DNA from: Candidatus Acidiferrales bacterium
GTDB taxonomy: Bacteria > Acidobacteriota > Terriglobia > Acidiferrales > UBA7541
Direction of reading: 5' to 3'
Length of the DNA: 64,000 nt
Assembly (NCBI GenBank): GCA_035551975.1
Contig: DASZMG010000161.1
Coordinates: 22,606 to 86,605, forward strand
Notes under the pieces: generated by a model
The model's input: only the letters and a program-made list of their open reading frames with translations
What the model was told of the DNA's origin: nothing
The model's database searches: none
Position numbers and translations under genes: made by a program
Shown here: piece by piece, positions 19,625 to 28,458 of the stretch
How positions within the stretch are numbered: the first letter of the stretch is position 1
Layout: each line of letters starts with the position of its first letter

Positions 19625-19640
19625 TGGCACTGGCCGTGCA
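19625..19640 (+). promoter_or_regulatory. candidate sigma-54 (-24/-12) promoter for the chemosensory operon
   Basis: TGGCAC-TGGCC-GTGCA with exact GG-N10-GC spacing, about 175 nt upstream of the MCP ATG. Lies in the 539-bp divergent region shared with the NtrC-type activator gene. Confidence 0.6.
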
Positions 19641-19816
19641 ATTTCACTCACCGGATTTCCATGCGGGCGCGCCACGGCCGGCACGAGAGACCGACAAATG
19701 CGAGTCTGGCCGCTCAACACGCGGTCAAAGATTGTTTGTTTCTAACAATTTGATGGAAGAAGCCCCGGCATGAACAGGAGAACGGCGGCGAATGCGGACC
19801 CGGGGGAGGCATCTTG

Positions 19817-21823
19817 ATGACGATCGGTAAGAAGCTCTATCTGAGATTTGGCGCGGTCCTTGCGATCATGCTCTGTTTGCTGATGCTGAATATTTTTACT
19901 CTTCGGCGTCAATTCGCGGCCCGAGCGGCGGTGGCCTCGACGCTCTTTGACGTACAGACCATCGAAAGCGTGCGCTACCAGATCATGGAGAACCGCCTGG
20001 CGCTCGGCGATTATCTTCGCAGCGGAGACCGGCGCGACGAAGAGCGCGTGAACAAAGGCGTGAACGATTTACGCCAGTTGCTGCACCAGGGAGAGGGTAT
20101 GGCGGAAGACCCGGAATTGCGCGGAGCTCTCGCACAGGTGGAGGAGAACGAGCGCGTCTGGGCGGATAGTTTTGCCAGTTCGATGTTGCAGAAACGGCAC
20201 CAGGTGGACTCCGGGAAAGCGACAATCTCGGAACTCGAAGCCTATTATCTGCAGCAAAATCCTGGCGGTTTTAACAGTAAGTCCAACAGCATTTTGGATG
20301 AGGCGAGCCGCGAGGTACGACGGGCGCAGGAGAGGTCCAATGAATCTTCCGACTCTGCCACCATGTGGACCGCCATTGTGGCCACAGTGGGGACACTACT
20401 GGCGCTGTTGCTCGGTGGACTGATCGCATTTCACACCGCGAAATCCATTCAGGAGCCGCTGCATTATTTCATCAATGTGGCCCGTCGGATCGGAGAAACG
20501 GGCGACCTGGACCAGTCGATTGACATTAACCGCAGCGATGAAGTGGGTCTGCTCGCCGAACACTTCAACAAGATGATCGTGCATTTGAAGGAGATGGCTT
20601 CGGTTTCGGCGGCCATTGCCGAAGGCGAGCTCTCTGTTTCAGTGAAGCCACGCTCGGAGCGCGACACCATGGCCACCGCTTTTGAGCGCATGACGCATGG
20701 GTTGCGCGAGATCGTGCGGCAGGTGCGTGATAGCGCTTCGCAAGTGGCCGCGGGCGCCGGGCAAATGGCCGGCGCGTCGGACGAATCGGCAAAAGTGAGC
20801 GTCCGCGCGGCCTCCGCTATCGATGAAGTGACCAGCACCATGCATGAGATGAGCATCAACGTCCAAAATGTCGTGAAAAACACGCAAGTGCAATCGTCGA
20901 GTGTCGCGGAAACCTCCGCATCGATCGACGATATGGTCACCTCGATTCAGCGAGTGGCGGACACTGCAAGATTGTTGGTGGAAATGTCGCATCGCTCACG
21001 GGAAGAGGCCAAAACCGGCATGTCCACCATGGATAAAGCCACCGCAGGCCTCAACCGCGCCAGCCAATCGATTCAGTCTTCCTCCGAGATTATCGATGCG
21101 CTGGGACGTCGCGCGGACGATATCGGCAAAATCGTGGAAGTGATCGATGACTTGGCTGAGCAGACCAACCTGTTGGCCTTGAATGCAGCCATTGAGGCCG
21201 CGCGTGCCGGTGAACACGGATTGGGCTTTGCGGTGGTGGCCGAGGAAGTGCGCAAACTCGCCGAAAAATCCACGCAGTCCACCAAGGAAATTTCGGAACT
21301 GATTGAAGGCATTCAGAAGGAAGCGCGCGAAGCCGTGGACAACATGGAACACAGCACCACCATGGTGCACGAAGGCTTGGTGCTGAATAAGGATCTCAGC
21401 ATCGCGCTCGACAAAATCTCCGCCGTGGTTTCTGAGGTGTACAAATTCTCCCAGGAGATCGGCGCCGCAACCACGGAGCAGTCCAACGGCTCGGCGCAGA
21501 TCGCCAAAGCCACCAATCGCCTTACAGAAATTACCCACGAGATCAATTCCTCTGTCGAGGAGCAGGCTACCGGTGTCCAAGCGGTAGCTCGCGCGATGAA
21601 CCGCATGCGCGAGATGGTGCAGCAATCGACTTCGAGCTCCACCGAACTCGCCGCGGCAGCCGAGCAAATGTCCAAGCTATCGCGGGCGCTTCTCGAGTCC
21701 ATGGACCGCTTTGCCATCGATGAAAGCCACCCGCCGCAGCCGCCGAGGCCTCTGCCAAGAAACACCAGCGTCCGGCCCGAGCCGAAACCTATCCCGGAAT
21801 ATGCCGAGACGCTGCGGTCCTGA
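19817..21823 (+). CDS. methyl-accepting chemotaxis protein (two TM helices, periplasmic helical sensor, HAMP, MCP signalling domain)
   Basis: HAMP ([24 protein letters not shown]...[15 protein letters not shown]). Conserved hairpin [45 protein letters not shown] lies 7 nt upstream of the ATG at 19817. Confidence 0.9.
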   Translation: MTIGKKLYLRFGAVLAIMLCLLMLNIFTLRRQFAARAAVASTLFDVQTIESVRYQIMENRLALGDYLRSGDRRDEERVNKGVNDLRQLLHQGEGMAEDPELRGALAQVEENERVWADSFASSMLQKRHQVDSGKATISELEAYYLQQNPGGFNSKSNSILDEASREVRRAQERSNESSDSATMWTAIVATVGTLLALLLGGLIAFHTAKSIQEPLHYFINVARRIGETGDLDQSIDINRSDEVGLLAEHFNKMIVHLKEMASVSAAIAEGELSVSVKPRSERDTMATAFERMTHGLREIVRQVRDSASQVAAGAGQMAGASDESAKVSVRAASAIDEVTSTMHEMSINVQNVVKNTQVQSSSVAETSASIDDMVTSIQRVADTARLLVEMSHRSREEAKTGMSTMDKATAGLNRASQSIQSSSEIIDALGRRADDIGKIVEVIDDLAEQTNLLALNAAIEAARAGEHGLGFAVVAEEVRKLAEKSTQSTKEISELIEGIQKEAREAVDNMEHSTTMVHEGLVLNKDLSIALDKISAVVSEVYKFSQEIGAATTEQSNGSAQIAKATNRLTEITHEINSSVEEQATGVQAVARAMNRMREMVQQSTSSSTELAAAAEQMSKLSRALLESMDRFAIDESHPPQPPRPLPRNTSVRPEPKPIPEYAETLRS

Positions 21824-21837
21824 GCGGCGGGCGAACC

Positions 21838-22326
21838 ATGGATAAGGAACTCCAGATCGTCGGATTCCAGATCGGGGCCGAAACCTTCGGGCTGCCGATT
21901 GCCGCCGTGCGCGAAATCATTCGCGTGCCCGAGATTACCGCGGTTCCAAATGTGCCGGATCACATCGTAGGTGTGATCAACCTCCGCGGAAAAATTGTTC
22001 CGGTAATCGATTTGCCGAAGAGATTCGGCGCGGCTCCTTCGGAGCGAAACGCCAAAAATCGCATTGTTGTAGCGGAGCTCGACGGGCGATCGGTGGGACT
22101 CATCGTTCATTCGGCGTCCGAAGTCCTGCGGCTGCCGCAGTCTAAGATCGAAAGTCCTCAGGATCTATTTTCCGATAGCTCCATCGACTACGTATCGGGC
22201 GTAGGCAAATTGAATGGGCGGCTCGTGATTCTTCTCGATCTGCAAAAGATTGCCAGGCGAGGAGAATTGCGCAACGCGGACCTGCACGAACAATTCGCCA
22301 CGCCCAGCGCAGTAACAGTCGTGTAA
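21838..22326 (+). CDS. cheW: chemotaxis coupling protein CheW
   Basis: 162 aa. FQIGAETFGLPIAAVREIIRVPEITAVPNVPDHIVGVINLRGKIVPVIDL is typical of the CheW domain. Confidence 0.9.
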   Translation: MDKELQIVGFQIGAETFGLPIAAVREIIRVPEITAVPNVPDHIVGVINLRGKIVPVIDLPKRFGAAPSERNAKNRIVVAELDGRSVGLIVHSASEVLRLPQSKIESPQDLFSDSSIDYVSGVGKLNGRLVILLDLQKIARRGELRNADLHEQFATPSAVTVV

Positions 22327-22361
22327 CACATACAGCCCGGAACTCAGGTTCAGGAGAGAAC

Positions 22362-23270
22362 ATGCCCACGCTCGCGGCGGACATTCCGGTTAGCCAGGCT
22401 GAATTGAGGCTCCTGCAGACGCTCATCTATCAGGAATGCGGGATGTTTTTCGACGAACGCCGCATGCAGTTTTTGCAGGAGCGCGTGCAGCAGCGGTTGA
22501 AAACGTCCCAACTGGAGTCGTTTTACAGCTATTACCTGCTGCTTACGTCGGCGGAGGGCCGACATGAACTGTCTGCGCTGCTCGAGCACCTCAGCGTGAT
22601 CGAAACCAGTTTTTTCCGGATCCGTCCACAGCTCGAAATTTTCAAGAAGCAGGTTTTGGACGATCTGTTGAAGCGGAAGGAAGCAGCGCGCGATTACAGT
22701 CTGCGCATCTGGAGCGCCGGATGCTCCACCGGGCAGGAGCCCTACACGCTGGCCATGCTGATTTGCGACGCTCTGGCATATTACGGGCTGCGCGGCTCGC
22801 CGCTGCCAGAGAAAATGATTCCGCGGCCGCTGGTTCCTGCGCCATGGAATGTCGAAATCCTGGCTTCGGACATCAATTATTCGGCACTGCTCACCGCGCA
22901 GCAGGGAAGCTACACCGAGGCACAGATGGAGACGGTCGATTATCCCTCCCGCCTGCGCTATTTCGACAAAGCCGGCGACCGCTATTTGGTGAAGCCGGAA
23001 CTGAAAAAGTTCGTCCACTTCGATTTCCACAACCTGAAAACGGAATTCCTGCCGCTTCGAAATGACGTGATCTTCTGCCGCAACGTAATGATCTATTTCG
23101 ACGCCGCGGAGCAGCGGCGTCTGATCGACAAGCTGAATTATTGCCTGAATCCCGAAGGCTATCTCTTTGTCGGGCACGCGGAGAGCCTGGCTGGTCTTAC
23201 AGAGAAATTGCGCGCGGTTCATCAGAACGGGGCAACCGTGTACCAGCGCGTTGAAAAGGCGGCTCGGTGA
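22362..23270 (+). CDS. cheR: chemotaxis protein methyltransferase CheR
   Basis: ETSFFR, IWSAGCSTGQEPYTLAM and IFCRNVMIYFD are CheR SAM-methyltransferase signatures. Confidence 0.9.
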   Translation: MPTLAADIPVSQAELRLLQTLIYQECGMFFDERRMQFLQERVQQRLKTSQLESFYSYYLLLTSAEGRHELSALLEHLSVIETSFFRIRPQLEIFKKQVLDDLLKRKEAARDYSLRIWSAGCSTGQEPYTLAMLICDALAYYGLRGSPLPEKMIPRPLVPAPWNVEILASDINYSALLTAQQGSYTEAQMETVDYPSRLRYFDKAGDRYLVKPELKKFVHFDFHNLKTEFLPLRNDVIFCRNVMIYFDAAEQRRLIDKLNYCLNPEGYLFVGHAESLAGLTEKLRAVHQNGATVYQRVEKAAR

Positions 23271-25321
23271 ATTTTCCCTCGAATCAGCACGCTTCGGAGC
23301 TTCTAGAAGTTTTCTTCGAGAGCGCCGACGAAATTCTGGAAGGGATGAATCGCGCAGGCTTGGCGCTCGAAGCGAATCCAGGTGATGTGAAGCATCTGCG
23401 CCATGTTCGCCGCGCGGTGCACACGCTCAAGGGAGACTCCGCGGCTTGCGGATTCCGGGAACTCAGCGAGTTAGCCCACCGTCTGGAAGATGTGCTCACG
23501 CCGGAAGTCGCGGGCAAAAATACGCAGAAGATCGCGGAAGTGGTGCTGGCGGCCACCGATTCATTCCAGCAATGTCTGGCGGCGCACCGCCGAAATGAGG
23601 CGCCTCCCGCCTCGAACAGTTTGCGGGAACTTATCAATGACTTGTTGCGCGAGCACGAGAATGCCGAATCGCCCCCTTCGCAGGCGAAGCCGGAGTGGAC
23701 GGAGTATGAGCGGCTGCTCATTGAGGAGGCCAACCGGCGAGGCGAGCGCGTCTGTCAAGTATCAGTGCGTCTTACGCTCGAATCACAAGCCATCGGATTC
23801 GAGCTGGCGCGCAAGGCGCTCGAAAGCGCGGGCCGCGTAATCGCTCTTCAACCTAAGGAGTTCGTCGCGTCCGCAACCGCTTCATGGGTACATGCTGCGT
23901 TGGCAACCCCTGTTCCAACAGAGCACCTGAAACGGAGATGCTCCGTGCCGTCGATCGTTGCCGAAGTAGCCGTGGAAATTTTGGACGTGCCGGCGCCCGC
24001 GTCCGCGGCATCCCATGGCGCTGCGAACGACGCGCTCCAGGTGCTGTTGGAAGCAGAAGCCGCCGCCACCACACGCACCTTGCCCAGCACGCCAAGAGCG
24101 ATTCCGCAACCTTCGGAGACAAGCAGCTTGCGCGTGGAGCCGGTTCGCATCGACAGCGTGATGAACCTGGTCGGCGAGCTGATCATCGGCAAATCGATGT
24201 TGCAGCGTGCCGTGGATGATTTTGGCCGCCGCTATCCGAAAGATCCGCTGCGGGGCAAGTTTTCCGACGCGCTTTCCTTTCAGTCCCGGGTGCTGGGCGA
24301 GTTGCAAAAATCCGTGATGAAGATTCGCATGGTGCCCGTCGAGCAGCTTTTCCGGCGTTTTCCGCGCATCGTGCGGGATGTGGCGCGGCTGCGCAACAAG
24401 GAAATCGCGCTGGAGGTTCGCGGGCAGAACACGGACCTCGACAAAAGTATTCTCGATACGCTGGCCGAGCCGGTGGCTCATTTGGTCCGTAATTCGGCCG
24501 ACCACGGGATTGAATCCACCTCCGCGCGCAAGACCGCGGGAAAGCCGGCGCGCGGAATGATTCGGCTCAGCGCTTACCACGAAGGCGATCAGGTGGTGAT
24601 TGAAGTGGCCGACGACGGGTGCGGGCTGGACAAGGAACGAATTCTGCAGCGTGCTATTGAGCGCGGTATTGTCACGCCAAATGAGGCTCAAAAACTCAGC
24701 GATTCCGAAGCGCAGCAATTGATTTTCCGCGCCGGCCTGAGTACCGCCGAAGAAATTACCGAGATATCAGGTCGCGGAGTGGGACTCGATGTCGTCAAGT
24801 CCGTGCTGGAGAACTTGAAGGGTTCCATCGAAGTGCACAGCGAACACGGGCGCGGCACTACCTTTCGGCTGCTCGTGCCGTTGACCCTGGCCAGCATTCA
24901 AGCCCTCCTTTTCAACGTGAACGAGCGCTTGTACGCCGTACCCATCGCCTCGGTGGTGGAAATTACGCGCGTCGCCGAAGGCCAGATCCATCGCATTGAG
25001 GGCAGGGAAGTGTTTCAACTCCGCCATCAGCTTCTGACGCTGATGCGCCTGGAACAACTGGAGCCTGTCTCACGCAACGAGCACCAGAAAAGAACCTTTG
25101 TGATCGTAATCGGAACGGGCGCTCGCCGCTTTGGCCTGGCAGTGGACAAGCTCATGGGCGAAGAAGAGTTGGTTATCAAAGCGCTCGAAGATCAATTGGT
25201 TACGTCTCCGCTCATCAGCGGGGCGTCCATACTTGGTGATGGAACAGTGGTGTTGATTCTAAACGTGTCCGCGCTCGTCTCCCAGTACACGAAAGCGGTT
25301 CCGGCAGGAGCGATGGCATGA
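23267..25321 (+). CDS. cheA: chemotaxis histidine kinase CheA (Hpt-dimerisation-HATPase-CheW-like)
   Basis: Hpt H-box HTLKGDSAACG, N-box HLVRNSADHGIE, G-boxes DDGCGLD and GRGVGLDVV, and a C-terminal CheW-like domain. GTGA overlap with cheR. Confidence 0.9.
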   Translation: MNFPSNQHASELLEVFFESADEILEGMNRAGLALEANPGDVKHLRHVRRAVHTLKGDSAACGFRELSELAHRLEDVLTPEVAGKNTQKIAEVVLAATDSFQQCLAAHRRNEAPPASNSLRELINDLLREHENAESPPSQAKPEWTEYERLLIEEANRRGERVCQVSVRLTLESQAIGFELARKALESAGRVIALQPKEFVASATASWVHAALATPVPTEHLKRRCSVPSIVAEVAVEILDVPAPASAASHGAANDALQVLLEAEAAATTRTLPSTPRAIPQPSETSSLRVEPVRIDSVMNLVGELIIGKSMLQRAVDDFGRRYPKDPLRGKFSDALSFQSRVLGELQKSVMKIRMVPVEQLFRRFPRIVRDVARLRNKEIALEVRGQNTDLDKSILDTLAEPVAHLVRNSADHGIESTSARKTAGKPARGMIRLSAYHEGDQVVIEVADDGCGLDKERILQRAIERGIVTPNEAQKLSDSEAQQLIFRAGLSTAEEITEISGRGVGLDVVKSVLENLKGSIEVHSEHGRGTTFRLLVPLTLASIQALLFNVNERLYAVPIASVVEITRVAEGQIHRIEGREVFQLRHQLLTLMRLEQLEPVSRNEHQKRTFVIVIGTGARRFGLAVDKLMGEEELVIKALEDQLVTSPLISGASILGDGTVVLILNVSALVSQYTKAVPAGAMA

Positions 25322-26466
25322 GCCGCAAGATTCGTGTGCTGGTGGTTGACGATTCGGCGTTGATGCGGAAGCTGATTCCTGAAACCTTGCGGCGCGACCC
25401 CTCCATTGAAGTAGTGGGCACCGCGATGGATGGTTTAATCGGGCTGAAGCGTATCGAAGACTTGCATCCGGATGTGGTCACTCTCGACCTGGAAATGCCG
25501 CGGATGGATGGAATGGAAATGCTGCGGCAGATTACCCGCAAGCAGCGCATTCCGGTGATCATTTTTGGCGCGCGCTCCGAGCAAGGCGCCGATTTTGCGT
25601 TGCGAGCGCTTTCGGTAGGTGCCTTTGATGTGGTCACTAAGCCAGACGAAGCCGCTTCCGGCAATCTGGAACAAGTCGCTGCGGAGCTAGCCTCTCGCGT
25701 CAGGGCTGCCGCGAAAGCCGGCGCGCCAAAGCTGATACCTGGCGAAGAACTGCTCCCGAATCAAGCGCGCAAAGTCCTACTCGGTCCGCGGCCAGCCTCG
25801 CGTGTGATTGGAATCGGTGTCTCGACCGGCGGCCCCGCCGCTCTGCAATATCTGTTCTCGCAACTTCCCGCCACTTTCCCAGGCTGTCTCATGGTGGTTC
25901 AGCACATGCCTGAAGGGTTCACGGAAAGATTCGCCCGGCGTCTGAACGATTCTTCGGCCATTGAAGTCAAAGAGGCGCGATCGGGCGATCTGCTGCTCGC
26001 AGGCCGCGCTTTGATTTGCCCGGGAAACCGTCACCTGAGAGTCCGTCGCATGGACCGCGGAGACGTGGCCATGGTAGTCGATGCCGCGCCGGTAAATGGC
26101 CACAAGCCTTCGGTGGATGTCTTATTCAATTCATTGGCGCAGGAATTTCGTGCCAAATCGGCCGCCGTTCTGATGACAGGCATGGGTGAGGATGGCGTTG
26201 CGGGTCTGGGAGCGGTTCGGGCTGCGGGAGGATACACCGTCGCGCAAAGTCCCGAAACCTGCGTGGTGGACAGCATGCCCCGCTCGGCAATCGATCGCAG
26301 GTTTGCGCTCCGTGTGGTTCCGCTGGATCAGATGGCGGGCGCACTGGAAGCGATCGGCGAGCCGAGCCAAGAATGTGCCTCCGGGCTGAGCCATTCGCCA
26401 GTAAGTTCCGCAACCAGTCCAACAGTCAGTCCCGACGATGTCGCGATGAGAAGGAGATCGCTATGA
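25318..26466 (+). CDS. cheB: protein-glutamate methylesterase CheB (REC + esterase)
   Basis: REC (IRVLVVDDSALMRK...DVVTLDLEMPRMDG). Esterase motifs GVSTGGPAAL, VVQHMPEGFT and MTGMGEDG. ATGA overlap with cheA. Confidence 0.9.
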   Translation: MSRKIRVLVVDDSALMRKLIPETLRRDPSIEVVGTAMDGLIGLKRIEDLHPDVVTLDLEMPRMDGMEMLRQITRKQRIPVIIFGARSEQGADFALRALSVGAFDVVTKPDEAASGNLEQVAAELASRVRAAAKAGAPKLIPGEELLPNQARKVLLGPRPASRVIGIGVSTGGPAALQYLFSQLPATFPGCLMVVQHMPEGFTERFARRLNDSSAIEVKEARSGDLLLAGRALICPGNRHLRVRRMDRGDVAMVVDAAPVNGHKPSVDVLFNSLAQEFRAKSAAVLMTGMGEDGVAGLGAVRAAGGYTVAQSPETCVVDSMPRSAIDRRFALRVVPLDQMAGALEAIGEPSQECASGLSHSPVSSATSPTVSPDDVAMRRRSL

Positions 26467-26906
26467 GCGGATTTGAACCCTTGCGGCGAAAACAGGACGG
26501 CCAGCCAGTTCGTTTCCTGATCGTCGACGACTCCGTTTTCGCCCGCAAGAGCATCGCGAAAATGGTGGAGAACTTTGGCGGCCAGGTGGTCGGCGAAGCG
26601 GGCGACGGCTGCACCGCAATCACCGAATATGCGCGCACCCGCCCCGACATGGTCCTCATGGATATCACCATGCCCCACATGGAAGGCATTGAAGCTGTCG
26701 AGCGCATCGTGAAGCAGGATCCCGAAGCGCGCGTGGTCATGGTCTCCTCTGTGGGATACCAGGAAAACATTCTGGCCGCGCTGCAAAAAGGCGCGCGCCA
26801 TTTCGTGCAGAAGCCGGTGAAGGCCGATGTGCTTTATGACGTATTACGCTTCGTCTTGGCTCAGGAAGCGCCTGCCCCAATGGCTGCTCAGGGAGGAAAT
26901 CAATGA
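26463..26906 (+). CDS. cheY: single-domain response regulator CheY
   Basis: Start at MSGFEPLRR (ATGA overlap with the cheB stop). VRFLIVDDSVFARK...DMVLMDITMPHMEG...VSSVG...K. Confidence 0.9.
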   Translation: MSGFEPLRRKQDGQPVRFLIVDDSVFARKSIAKMVENFGGQVVGEAGDGCTAITEYARTRPDMVLMDITMPHMEGIEAVERIVKQDPEARVVMVSSVGYQENILAALQKGARHFVQKPVKADVLYDVLRFVLAQEAPAPMAAQGGNQ

Positions 26907-27406
26907 AGATGGATTTGATTCAGCCGTTCATCGGCTCGCTCGATGCTGTGTTGGCGCAAATGACCGGCGCACCGGTCACCATCGCCGATGTGACCATGGA
27001 AGAAGAGGCTTACCAGCGCAAGGGCATCGCAGCGGTGGTCGTTTTCCAGGGACAAATCGAGGGCCGCGTTGTAGTCGATGTGGATCCCGGCGTCGCCGCG
27101 AAAGTCGCCGGAAATATGTCCGGCGGGGAAGTCGAGGCTTCGGAACCAATCGTCCCCGAAGCTATCTGCGAGCTCGCCAACATGGTGATTGGCAATGCCG
27201 TCACGCAGTTGAACGATCAAGGCTCGCAATTCAAAGTCTTGCCGCCCTCGATCCTCACCGAAGAGCAATGCGCGAAAATCGGCTCGGACTCCGAAGCGAC
27301 CATTCTTTCGTTTCACACTCCGGCCGGCGAAGTTCGCTTGAACATTTCCATGCACTATCACACCCGACGGTTCGGCGAACGCTCGCCGGTAGCAATGGTC
27401 AGGTAA
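26903..27406 (+). CDS. cheX: CheY-P phosphatase CheX (CheC/CheX family, single active-site motif)
   Basis: A single E-x2-N...P motif (ICELANMVIGNAVTQLNDQGSQFKVLPP). 167 aa. ATGA overlap with cheY. Confidence 0.75.
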   Translation: MKMDLIQPFIGSLDAVLAQMTGAPVTIADVTMEEEAYQRKGIAAVVVFQGQIEGRVVVDVDPGVAAKVAGNMSGGEVEASEPIVPEAICELANMVIGNAVTQLNDQGSQFKVLPPSILTEEQCAKIGSDSEATILSFHTPAGEVRLNISMHYHTRRFGERSPVAMVR

Positions 27407-27433
27407 GCTCCACTCGAAGATCGCGCATTCTGA

Positions 27434-28303
27434 TTAGCGCGCCCGCGGTCCCACGCGGCGATACTCTGTGCCATGCCGGAACAATCCAGCCTTCGGCAAT
27501 TCCTCTGAATACACCACGCGTGCGGGAAGGAAAATATTCGCCGAATCCGGCGAATAGGGGACGGCCACTTCGATTGGCGCATTGGCTTCGAATCGCCGCT
27601 TACTGCGGAAACACATGCCAATCGGGGAAATGTCCTCGCAGACAGCAAGTTCGTCATCCTCGCCGGATTGGCGGATGCATGCCGTGAGTCGCGTTTGCAC
27701 CCGCAACCGCTGCCGCTCGCGCTGCTCCCCATTCCCGGGTTGCGGTTCCGCGGTTTCGGGGGCGCGTCGTGCCTTTGTTCCGCGGCTCGATGATTTTTTC
27801 TCTTCTTCGTGCGGCACCTGAACCCAGATGCTCGGCACATTGCATTTCTTGCAGTGCCGTGCGATTCCACGATTGCTCTCGAATGCCCGCAGTTCCATTT
27901 CGTTGAGGTAAGCCACCTCGCGCTGGTGGCAGTAGGTGCACTCCAGCAACATTTTGGCAACCGCTTCAGAGCTTTCCAGCACGGCCGGAAAGTCGACGCC
28001 CCACATATCGACTTCTTCACCCAGGATCTCCAGGCTGTAGAGATACCCGTCGCCCTGGCGTCCCATTTGATTGACGATACGCGCCTGGCCTTGCCTGCTC
28101 GACTCTGCTGGCGCCCGGCGGCGAATATGGATCTTCTGTTCGGGCTTCAAGTCGCGGGCCAGCGCAATGAGCGCTCCATTTTGGCTGACCATCACTGTTT
28201 TTGCCGGCTCATGGAATTCCTGGCCGTGCGCGTCAGTGCCCGAAGCGTCCAGCAGAACCGTCAGCGAAACCCGGTCGCTCGCGCGGCGCGAAGTTAAGGT
28301 CAT
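27434..28303 (-). CDS. PilZ - zinc ribbon - PilZ protein
   Basis: N-terminal RASDR...VSQNGALI is a partial PilZ motif set. Central CTYCH...CKKC is a four-Cys ribbon. C-terminal RQRLR...EDISPIGMCF carries canonical RxxxR and DxSxxG. Confidence 0.75.
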   Translation of the reverse strand: MTLTSRRASDRVSLTVLLDASGTDAHGQEFHEPAKTVMVSQNGALIALARDLKPEQKIHIRRRAPAESSRQGQARIVNQMGRQGDGYLYSLEILGEEVDMWGVDFPAVLESSEAVAKMLLECTYCHQREVAYLNEMELRAFESNRGIARHCKKCNVPSIWVQVPHEEEKKSSSRGTKARRAPETAEPQPGNGEQRERQRLRVQTRLTACIRQSGEDDELAVCEDISPIGMCFRSKRRFEANAPIEVAVPYSPDSANIFLPARVVYSEELPKAGLFRHGTEYRRVGPRAR

Positions 28304-28458
28304 TGCTTCCTCCCAAGGGCCGCCTATAAGTGCAATAGCATACCCCGATTAAGGCAAGTGTTACGACGTGCGGGGCGGTCCCACGGTTTTCCGGCAGGCA
28401 CGGGTTACAATGCCCTGACACAGAGGCGGCTGTCTCGCAAAATTACGGAGTTCCGACG

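Noticed and set aside
19517-19720. 67-aa minus-strand ORF in the activator/MCP divergent region.
   Set aside because: It spans the proposed sigma-54 promoter, has no RBS or motif, and the region is better explained as regulatory DNA.
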